Positions 1 through 10,400 of a DNA stretch of 64,000 nt are shown here, one piece after another. The stretch lies in NCBI GenBank assembly GCA_965655095.1, contig OZ296649.1:14570001-14634000 (forward strand). Reading direction: 5' to 3'. The position numbers and the translations under genes are program-made. The notes under the pieces were generated by a model. That model was given only the letters and a program-made list of their open reading frames with translations. It was not told the DNA's origin and did no database searches. Origin of the DNA: Haplodiscus bocki (taxonomy: Eukaryota). Numbering within the stretch: the stretch's first letter is position 1; each line of letters begins with the position of its first letter.

Positions 1-585
1 ATATATTTCAGCGCTTGCTGGCAAAAAATCTTTTGAACGAAAACTTGAGATTTAAGATCGTTTCGGCATCAATCGAAAAATAAAATAACCAGGAGAAGGA
101 GGATTTGCAGACTAGAGTACTCAGTGAGTCTAAGACAAGCCTGTCCAAGTTCAAAACAAATTAGCGGTGAACGTGAGGAAAAGGCAGTACTTCCCAGAGA
201 AAACCCAAAGGGAGATGGTTGGACGGGAAATTTGGTGTTGATTCAAGCACTTACTGATCAGTTGCTGTGTTATGGTCCTCAACTCAGCCTTATAAAGAAC
301 CCAAGTCACTGTACAACCTGCGGTGACAGTAAACGGCCGACGATATATTTATATTGAGCAGGTGTCGCGTTATAGCTAACGCTTAAACAGATATATTATA
401 ATTCTTAGATACGTGCAGTAAGCTATTAAACGGGAAATGAATAATGTTTAACAAGAGAACTGCAAATGGTATTGACTAACCTGGGAGCTGTTGTTGTTAA
501 TAAAATGGCGTGCAGTATAAACGAAAGCTGAAGGATTGGAATTACACAAAAGGAAGGAGAAGGCAAAATTTCTAACGCGTTGAAA

Positions 586-677
586 TGTGGTTCAACGTTA
601 TTGGCGCAACGACTAGTCACGAAGTATAATTCCATTTTGGCTCAACTACGCTATTGGCTCAACGACTAGTCACGAAG
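586..677 (+). repeat. Short direct repeats: TGG(C/T)(T/G)CAAC x4 and CAACGACTAGTCACGAAG x2
   Basis: caacgactagtcacgaag occurs at about 607 and 660. tggttcaac, tggcgcaac and tggctcaac (x2) occur between 588 and 663. Confidence 0.8.
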
Positions 678-850
678 GTGCCCTCATAACTTCGTTTCAT
701 AGCTGGTACGGGAAAGCGGTTTGGCCATTTTGGACTTACTCGCTTACCGGCCGGCAGCCATATTCCTTTCCCTTATTTCCCTTCCCTTTCCTTTATGCTT
801 CTTGCTTGGCTAAATTTATTCCGAATTCTCTTCCTTCTTTCCGCGGAAGA

Positions 851-1445
851 AAATATTCTAAGACAATTCCAGCTTGTCTTGCCTACAAATTTTGCCGCTT
901 ACAGACCCAACTTACTCGCTCTCGATTTTTCACCAAATGATCCTATTGGCTCTCGCTCAAACGGCAGCCATCTTGAAAATTCAAGTAAAAATAACCGGCG
1001 CACAGCCATAGCATTCATTCCACTTTGTAGCCTATTTCCCCGAGGCGAAACTTTCTTTCTCTTCCCTCTCATCATAATTTTGGAGTTAAATCTTAACTCC
1101 GAAATTATTCTAAGACAACTTCAAAACTTGTCTTAGCCAAATTTCCTTATCGCCTCAACGAAATTATTCTAAGACAATTTCAAAACTTGTCTTAGCCAAA
1201 TTTCTTTATCGCCTCAACGGAATTATTCTAAGACAATTTCAAAGCTTGTCTTTGCCAAAAATTCTGCTCTACAGACCCAACTTACTCGCTCTCGATTTTT
1301 CACCAAATGATCCTATTGGCTCTCGCTTAACCGGCGGCTATCTTGAAAAATCGAGTATAAATAACCAGCGCACAGCCAGAGTATTCATTCGCTTTCTAGC
1401 CTACTTCCCCGAGGCGAACCCCTCTTCGACTTCTCTCCCATCAAT
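851..1445 (+). repeat. Diverged ~220-bp direct duplication at a 370-bp offset
   Basis: acagacccaacttactcgctctcgatttttcaccaaatgatcctattggctctcgct is identical at 901 and 1271. Similarity continues through ccccgaggcgaa. Confidence 0.95.
1101..1260. repeat. 59-bp tandem repeat (~2.7 copies), each carrying a 9-bp-arm inverted repeat CTAAGACAA-N9-TTGTCTTAG
   Basis: Arms at 1110-1118/1128-1136, 1169-1177/1187-1195 and 1228-1236/1246-1254 (one mismatch). A related copy lies at 858-881. Confidence 0.92.
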
Positions 1446-1480
1446 ATTCTGGAAATGTTCAAAGACTTTTCATCAGAAAT

Positions 1481-1626
1481 CGAAAATATTCAGAGACTTT
1501 TTCGCCTACAATTTTGTCTTAGCCGCAAATCATCAACAACCCGAAAATATTCAAAGACTTTTTCGCCTGCAAATTGTTTTAGCCGCAAATCATCAACTAT
1601 ATGCCGGAAATATTCAAAGACTTTTT
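1481..1626 (+). repeat. 61-64-bp tandem repeat (~2.4 copies) related to the 59-bp unit
   Basis: gaaaatattca(g/a)agactttttcgcct...tagccgcaaatcatcaac at about 1482 and 1543, with a partial third copy at about 1607. Confidence 0.88.
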
Positions 1627-1627
1627 G

Positions 1628-1870
1628 GGCAGCAGCAATCAACAGCAGCGACCAGCAGCAGCAATCAACAGCAGCAACCAGCAGCAGCAGTCAACAGCAG
1701 CAACCAGCAGCAGCAATCAACAGCAGCAACCAGCAGCAGCAATCAACAGCAGCAACCAACAGCAGCAATCAACAACAGCAACCAGCAGCAGCAATCAACA
1801 GCAGCAACCAGTATCAGCAATCAACAGCAGCAATTAGCAGCAACAACCAGCTTTCATCCTACCAGCAGCA
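1628..1870 (+). repeat. 26-bp CAG-rich minisatellite (cagcagcagcaatcaacagcagcaac)n, ~9 copies
   Basis: Unit read directly from the sequence. The length is not a multiple of 3, so the same QQQQ / AAAINSS / STAATSSS peptides rotate through all three plus frames. Confidence 0.93.
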
Positions 1871-2555
1871 TCTACACAATCCGCGACGACTTCCGTTACT
1901 TTCAACTACGGTTCCTAGCAGAGGCTTGTCCGGCTAGAAGTTGATATAGGATTACTCGCCCGGTAGTAGCGTGCAACCACCGCACCGTGGCCCATTTCGT
2001 GACTTTTCCATTTTTCTAAAATCCCTTTTTTGCAAATTTTTCCCCTTTTTTTGCTAAGACTTAGTTTTAATTATTCATTGGTAAAAGTAAAATATTTATT
2101 ATTCACGACCTATTGGCAGTCCCTATGACGTATGCCTTGGTCGCTGGTCGCAGATAAAAGAGAATAAAATTCATTGCTGGTTTTCCGTGGATCCGGACTG
2201 CATCGGCAGGGACTAAAACACCAGTTTAAGATTAGGACCCGATACTGCGGTCCTTTTTTATACTAAGAGTAGTGTAAAATGCATGTAAGGTAAAATGCAT
2301 GTAATTTGAACCCCCTTTCCGTACAGACTGGCTTATCCAGCTTGGGACTAAAACAGGGGCTAGTCTTTTTTTACCCGTAATCCTAGTTTATCTAGAGAGA
2401 CGTGGTATAGCTAAACATAGAACAAACTGTAAAATGGCGGGCTAAAAAGAGCCGACCAGAGATAAGACGGGACTTGTTCGCCACCCGCACTGGTAAAAAA
2501 AGTAAAATGGTGTATGTGAAACGTTTTGATTTATTCTCAGATTTCCAGCAGCAGT

Positions 2556-2580
2556 TGTGGATGTGGATGTGGATGTGGAT
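2556..2580 (+). repeat. (TGTGGA)4 microsatellite
   Basis: tgtggatgtggatgtggatgtggat. Confidence 0.9.
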
Positions 2581-2976
2581 TAGCTTTAATTCTGATGTTT
2601 TATAAATTTAATTTATAATTTTAAAATTTATTGGGACTAAATTTGAATAGTCCAAGAATCTATTGTAACAATTTATTTTATAATTCGATTGGACTGAATT
2701 GAACAAGTCCAATTTCTATTCATGATTTCATAGATTCTAAATTAAATTTATTTCAATAAATTCAACGATTATATTTGCTTTTATAATTTTAATTTAGACT
2801 AAATTGAAGTGGTTTGGATTATTTGATTTGATTTTATTTTCACTCCTAAAGTGAAATTTACTTAATGTGATTAAGTTTCAACATGTTGTGGCATCCCCTA
2901 AATAACCCCTCGTTTAATCCTCTGACTTCTTGCTGAGTAATTTGCTGTTCACTGTTAATCTAAATTGGAATTGATA

Positions 2977-3176
2977 NNNNNNNNNNNNNNNNNNNNNNNN
3001 NNNNNNNNNNNNNNNNNNNNNNNNNNNNNNNNNNNNNNNNNNNNNNNNNNNNNNNNNNNNNNNNNNNNNNNNNNNNNNNNNNNNNNNNNNNNNNNNNNNN
3101 NNNNNNNNNNNNNNNNNNNNNNNNNNNNNNNNNNNNNNNNNNNNNNNNNNNNNNNNNNNNNNNNNNNNNNNNNNNN
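2977..3176. other. Assembly gap of exactly 200 N
   Basis: A round-number N run is typical of a scaffolding join of unknown true length. ORFs spanning it are artefacts. Confidence 0.98.
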
Positions 3177-4479
3177 GTGGACAGACATTTGGTGTGGATC
3201 CAGAGGCAGACAGGGAACCCATGCTGAAAGTACCGGACCGTCCCTCATATGTCTAGGAGCACCAATGCTTTTCGAGACACCCAACACCTTGAGCCGGGCA
3301 TACGGTTCAAGATTCCCTAAGTAATCGATGAACAAAATAACGTAGCGCCATGGAGCAAGCAAGAGAAGAATCAAAAATTTCCAAGCCTGATACCGTTGAT
3401 ACAGTGTGACAAACGCTTCCTCCAAGAAACTTTAGAAGCCACCGGAATAACAAAGGGACAAGAAAACCCCGCAACCCACACAGGTTTGGGAAAGCCAACG
3501 AAGGACAATCTGATGGTATGCCAACGTTGTCTGGATTTGGAACAGAATCACTGGAATGGAGAACACCCATACCTTGATCTAACTAGAACAGACTGTACTG
3601 ACTAATTTGCTCCACATTTCACATCTTTGGAGTGCAGCAGTTTCTTTGGTGTCATACGGTTGAAGAGACTTGAGGTTTATAGATTCAGGATTTGGATGAG
3701 TACAAAATCGACTCCTGCACCCCGAAGGGACAATCCATGCTTCATGGACAAAAGTATCTGTGTGTTTTACTTCGGAATGGATTCACTGCACTTGATAGAT
3801 GCTCTTCTGGAAGTCTTTCCAGCCAGTGTAAGTGCTTGGTCACCGTTACTTACCGTTTTCAGAATATGCAACTTTTGCAAAATTAGAACTTATGTTCGCC
3901 TGTTTTCTTGAGTGGGCAAATCACTCTGTGGAGATGAACTAGTTGCTCTCAATAGTCAAGTAATCCTTGACGCAAACATAAACACCCACTTTGACAGTAC
4001 CAAAACGAAACACCAAGCTTACCGACTTCTAATAAGAAGCAAGAAGGTGGACATCGTCAAGACATCGGTGGCTATCTTTCGGCTCTGGCAACATTATTGA
4101 CCAGCAGTCCGACAGAAACAACCTGGATTTTGACAGTTGTTGCGAGTAGAAAAACTTTTTGACAATAAATCGTAGTAATTGCCTGCATAAAAGAAGCTTT
4201 GGCGTCCATTACGAGCAGCAAAACAATAGTTAACATCTACAACAATGTAATCGCTCGGCATACAACAAGTCAAAATCAATCAAGTTACGTAAAATAAACT
4301 TATATATATGGTCCTTTTCATAGATTGGAAAACGGGAGAGGTTAGTATTTTGATTGTTAATTTTAGTGAGGTTTTAAGCAAACCTAACAGCGGAAGTATA
4401 GGGTATTTAAAAAAACAAGATTGAAGGGTATCAGAGTTGTGTCAAGGTTGATGTCACTTTATCGTGATGAGACTCCCTG

Positions 4480-7400
4480 CCTTTCACTATCGACGTAAAT
4501 TTTGATGTGTTGATCCCTGTTTTCACGTGCCTGATTACTCGCACTAATAGGTCACATGTCATTTAAATTGGTCACGTGATTGTGGTTCTGGCCCGTGGTT
4601 GGCTGCTAGTCTCCACACTTAATTGTACCCAACAGGTGATAACGATAATCGCACCTCAGTTTTGCCCAGATGGGTCACGTTGATGTTATTACGTTCAGAT
4701 TGGCAGACGCCAATGACGAAAAATAAACTTCTTTATTAGCATCGCAATTGAAGCAAAAAGCGCAACGATGGCTGACATCTACTTGAATGATTCCAATTGA
4801 TTAATATCAGGAAAAGTGCTCTTTGTTCGAACACGGTAGTTCACGGAGACTAATGAATGAATCTAGAGTGCACCATCCAACGTGAATTCCTTACCGCGTT
4901 ATGATGTTACTAGCAACGCTCAATCCAAGCGCAATGCTGATATCACGGAAGTTAAACCACGATGTAAATATAACCTATATCCACTCCCTGCACTAGTGAA
5001 AAAAATTTGATGCTGGTTCCACTTGAAGAAGTCGATATTTCGTGATTGAAAAAACTCTCACTGAAGTCACCATTGGCTTTTCCACAAGCGTTGTCGGAGT
5101 ACAGATTTCGTTACATAAGACAAAAATCCCTTTCACAACAAATGGCAGGAAGTACTATGACATAAAGGAATTCACATCGGTGTCTCAATATAGTGCTGCA
5201 TAAAATGCTGATATTTTCGTTTCTAAGATATAATATAAAGCTTCATAACATATGACATAGGGTAATTGAATGATAGCGTATTTGTTGGGCTTACATTTCC
5301 ATCAAGCTGACTTTATACTGCAGTTAGGAACAAGAAGTGGAGGCCCATTGTGTTAGATGTTATCATTTCTCTGGTATTGATGTGTCCTTCGCTAATTTGG
5401 GCGTATACTATCCTTTGTGTGTTCTTCAATGGGAGTGCGATGCTAATTTGGCAAACCTTCGCTGGTTTCGGAGAAATGGCTGATAGTCTTGGATTTCTCA
5501 CATCTTTGCCAATGCGGCTCTGACAAGTGTGACAATTGGTGAGTTTAGTAATTATTGACAGCCTGCACTGCCATTTTGTCTTTCATGCTCTGCTACTTCC
5601 ATGTTAAGCTGGGTGGCCATCACTTATTTGGCGGTAAAAGCATTAGTTTGGCGTGAAATTGCCTCTGTTGTAATTGTTCGAACCCAAAAAATTTTTTCTG
5701 GTCTTTTGTTGCCTGCGGTTGAACAACAGCGCGCCGTGCATTGGAACGAAAATTGGCACCAACTCAAGTAGTTTTCACAAGACGCTTTGCATGAATGTAC
5801 CTCCGATTATTGATTATTATCCAGCAACGTCATGCCCATGTGTGCTTCTTTTACTCACAAAAAACAAAGTAAAGTGCCATAGTTGTCACAAATCTCGGCA
5901 GCTGGTTCCTGTTTTCACACTTTTTGCGTTGTAGTCTGGAGATATTGGTGGTTTCCGGTCTTTACTTCGGTTCGCGGTCTTCAATTTTGTCTTAGCAGTA
6001 GGATCTTTCCGCCATACATTACTGTTTTCCATTTTGCGATCTTTGCAGTTTAGCTTTCTCGATTACCGAAATTTCGGGCGCTACCAGTAAACATACTTTA
6101 GTTCCATTTTCGCCATTTCCCAAAATGCGTTTGAGATTGGCGCCAGTATGGGATTAGCCTTTGAGTGGAATGTGCGGTCCGTGACTGATGGTTGTTGGGT
6201 TGATCAGCCCTTCTAATCGACGCGAGCCTTAAAATTCTGTGGTTTTCGTTGCTTTGTTGCATTTGCATTTCAGGGAAATGTCGTTCATTGGGGTAATATT
6301 GGGTGTTTTCAGATCTTTCATTGAAAGTTGTCTGTTGACAATCATGTTGGCCCTCCTTATCTTGATCGACGTCAGAGTTGTTGTTTCGTTATTTGTTTTC
6401 GTGCGCCTAATTACTTGAGCTAACTGGTCATGTGTCAACTAAGTTCCTCATGTGATTTTGATTCTGGCCCGTGGTTGGCTGCTGGTCTTCAAATCTAATT
6501 GTTCTCAACAAGAGTTATTGATAATCACACCTCAATTCTGCATAGCTGATTGCCGCTGGCCTTACTACTTTCTGATTGGCCGACCGTAATAACGAATAAA
6601 TAACTCCCTAGTTAAGATCGCAATTTGAGCAAAAATAGCAAAGATAGTTGACATCAATTCGAATGTTTCCAAATGATTAACAACAAGAAAAGTGTACCGT
6701 AAAAGAACACTGTTGTTCAGGGAAACTAATGATAGAGTGTAGAGTGTATAACCCAACGCGCATTCCTTACCGCTTTATATTGTTATTCGCTACTGTCGTT
6801 CCAGGCGCGATGCTGTTGTTGGGAAAGTTAAGCCTCGTTATAAATATAACTTGTTTCCACTCATTGCGCTTTTAATAAAATGTTGATGCTGGTTTCACTT
6901 GATGAAGTCGATATATCGTGGTTGAGGAAATTTTCACTAAATTAACCGTGGGTTTTTCACAAACGTTGTCGAAGCACAGATTTCTTTACAAAGGCCAGTT
7001 ATCGTGTTCACAACTATTGGGAGGAATTACTATGACGTAATGGATTTCATATCGGTGTCGGAATATAGTGCTGCATAAAATGCTGATATATTAGTTTCTA
7101 ATATATAATATAAAGCTTCACAACATATGACATAGCGTAATTGAATGATAGCACATTTGTTGGGTTTACATTTCCGTCAAGCTGGCTTTATACTGCAGTT
7201 AGGAACAAGAAGTGGAGGCCCATTGTGTTAGAAGTTATCATTTCTCTGGTATTGATGTGTCCTTTGCTAATTTGGGCGTGTACTATCCTTTGTGTGTTCT
7301 TCAATGGGAGTAAGATGCTAAATTGGCAAACCTTCGCTGGTTTCGGAGAAATGGCTGATGTTCTTGGATTTCTCACATCTTTGCCAATGCGGCTCTCACA

Positions 7401-10400
7401 AAACTGGCAATTGGTGATTTTGATAAATGTTTGACAGCCTGCATTGCCATTTTGTCTGTCATGCTCTGCTACTTCCATATTAGGCTGGTTGACCATCACT
7501 TTTTTGGCGGTAAAAGCACTATTTTGGCGTCAAAATGCCTCTGTTCTAATTGCTGTAAACCAAATCATTTTTGCTGGTTTTTTGTTGGCTGCAGTCGAAT
7601 AGCACCGTGCCGTGCATTGGAGTGAAGTTTGGCACAGACTCATGTAATTTCCACAAGACGCTTTGCAAGAATGTAACTTCGATTATTGAATAATATGCAG
7701 CAATGTCATGCCATTGTGCGCATCTTTAACTCACAAAAAAGAAAGTCAAGTGCCATGGTTGTCACAAATTTTGGCAGGAGATTCGCGTTTTTACAATTTT
7801 TGTGTCGTTGTCTGTAGATTTTGGTGTTTCCCGCTCTTTTATTGGTGCTGTGTCTTCACTTTTTTCTTAGCGGTAGTATCTTTTTGGCATACATTAATGT
7901 TTTCCCTTTGCGATCTTGACAGTTTCCTTCTATTGTAGGCCGAAGTTTCGTTTTTCAATAGCCTTCTCGAAGAGCAAAATTTGGAATGCTACCAGTAATC
8001 ATAATTCAAACCCAAGTTCACTGTCTTCTAAGTTGCGCCTGAAAATGGCGTCAGTACGGGAAGATACTTTGAGTGGAATGTGCGGTTCATGGCTGATGAC
8101 CGTTAGGTTGATCAGTCGTTCCTATGGACGCCTGCCTTTAACTTCTGTAGTTTTCGTTGCTTGGTTGCATTTTGGTTTCAGGGAAATGTTGATTGTGGTA
8201 ATATTGGGTGTTTTCAGATCTTTCCTTGAAAGTTATCTGCTGACAATCATGTTGGTCCTGCTTATCTTAATAGACGTCAGAGTTGTTGTTTCGGTTTTTG
8301 TTTTCCTGCGCCTAATTACTTGAGCTAACTGGTCATGTGTCAACTAAGTTCCTCATGTGATTTTGATTCTGGCCCGTGGTTGGCTGCTGGTCTCCAAATC
8401 TAATTGTTCTCAACAGGAGTTATTGATAATCACACCTCGATTCTGCATAGACGATTGCCGCTGGCCTTACTACTTTCTGATTGGCCGAACGTAATCACGA
8501 ATAAAAAACTTCCTAGTTAAGATCGCAATTTGAGCAAGAATAGCAAAGATAGTTGACATCAATTCGAATGTTTCCAAATGATTAACAACAAGAAAACTGT
8601 ACCTTAAAAAACACTGTTGTTCACGGAAAGTAATGATAGAGTCTAGAGTGTACCACCCAACGCGCATTCCTTACCGCGTTATAACGTTACTCGCTACTGT
8701 CGTTCCAGGCGCGATGCTGATGTTGGGAAAGTTATGCCACGTTATAAATATAACTTGTTTCCACTCATTGCGCTTCTAATAAAATGTTGATGCTGGTTTC
8801 ACTTGATGAAGTCGATATATCGTGGTTGTGGAAATTTTCACTAAATTCACCGTGGGCACATCGCAAACTTTGTCGTAGCAGACATTTCGTTACAAAGGCC
8901 ACTTGTCGCGTTCTCATCTAATGGGAGGAAGTACTATGACATAGTGGAATTCATGTTGGTGTCTCAATATAGTGCTGCATAAAATGCTGATATTTTCGTT
9001 TCTAAGATATAATATAAAGCTTCATAACATATGACATAGGGTAATTGAATGATAGCGTATTTGTTGGGCTTACATTTCCATCAAGCTGACTTTATACTGC
9101 AGTTAGGAACAAGAAGTGGAGGCCCATTGTGTTAGATGTTATCATTTCTCTGGTATTGATGTGTCCTTCGCTAATTTGGGCGTATACTATCCTTTGTGTG
9201 TTCTTCAATGGGAGTGCGATGCTAATTTGGCAAACCTTCGCTGGTTTCGGAGAAATGGCTGATAGTCTTGGATTTCTCACATCTTTGCCAATGCGGCTCT
9301 GACAAGTGTGACAATTGGTGAGTTTAGTAATTATTGACAGCCTGCACTGCCATTTTGTCTTTCATGCTCTGCTACTTCAATGTTAAGCTGGGTGGCCATC
9401 ACTTATTTGGCGGTAAAAGCATTAGTTTGGCGTGAAATTGCCTCTGTTGTAATTGTTCGAACCCAAAAAATTTTTTCTGGTCTTTTGTTGCCTGCGGTTG
9501 AACAACAGCGCGCCGTGCATTGGAACGAAAATTGGCACCAACTCAAGTAGTTTTCACAAGACGCTTTGCATGAATGTACCTCCGATTATTGATTATTATC
9601 CAGCAACGTCATGCCCATGTGTGCTTCTTTTACTCACAAAAAACAAAGTAAAGTGCCATAGTTGTCACAAATCTCGGCAGCTGGTTCCTGTTTTCACACT
9701 TTTTGCGTTGTAGTCTGGAGATATTGGTGGTTTCCGGTCTTTACTTCGGTTCGCGGTCTTCAATTTTGTCTTAGCAGTAGGATCTTTCCGCCATACATTA
9801 CTGTTTTCCATTTTGCGATCTTTGCAGTTTAGCTTTCTCGATTACCGAAATTTCGGGCGCTACCAGTAAACATACTTTAGTTCCATTTTCGCCATTTCCC
9901 AAAATGCGTTTGAGATTGGCGCCAGTATGGGATTAGCCTTTGAGTGGAATGTGCGGTCCGTGACTGATGGTTGTTGGGTTGATCAGCCCTTCTAATCGAC
10001 GCGAGCCTTAAAATTCTGTGGTTTTCGTTGCTTTGTTGCATTTGCATTTCAGGGAAATGTCGTTCATTGGGGTAATATTGGGTGTTTTCAGATCTTTCAT
10101 TGAAAGTTGTCTGTTGACAATCATGTTGGCCCTCCTTATCTTGATCGACGTCAGAGTTGTTGTTTCGGTATTTGTTTTCGTGCGCCTAATTACTTGAGCT
10201 AACTGGTCATGTGTCAACTAAGTTCCTCATGTGATTTTGATTCTGGCCCGTGGTTGGCTGCTGGTCTTCAAATCTAATTGTTCTCAACAAGAGTTATTGA
10301 TAATCACACCTCAATTCTGCATAGCTGATTGCCGCTGGCCTTACTACTTTCTGATTGGCCGACCGTAATAACGAATAAATAACTCCCTAGTTAAGATCGC

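Noticed and set aside
363-720. LTR (TG...CA, 363-699) followed by a primer-binding site TGGTACGGGAAAGCGG
   Set aside because: There is no second LTR or gag/pol in view, the termini are not clearly inverted, and I cannot match the PBS to a tRNA 3' end. Possible but unsupported.
1101-1260. CRISPR array
   Set aside because: The repeats are palindromic, but the intervening sequences are near-identical rather than unique spacers. There are no cas genes and the context is eukaryotic.
1246-1944. Poly-Q protein CDS
   Set aside because: The ORF is made of tandem repeats, begins at TTG, and all three frames are open because of the 26-bp unit.
2914-3425. ORFs spanning the N run
   Set aside because: Artefacts of translating the assembly gap.
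3177-4340. Decayed retroelement coding fragment (RSHRNNKGTRKPRNPHRFG; ELVAL...FDS; purine tract at ~4326-4340)
   Set aside because: Only vague, non-colinear motif hints. BLASTX would be needed to support a call.
6565-6800. Class C GPCR TM6-TM7-like reading (YNAVRNA / GKECALGYTLYTLSLV...IFAIFAQIAIL) on the minus strand
   Set aside because: It requires frameshifts, no other TM helices are evident, and the frame is broken in many monomers. Probably chance resemblance.
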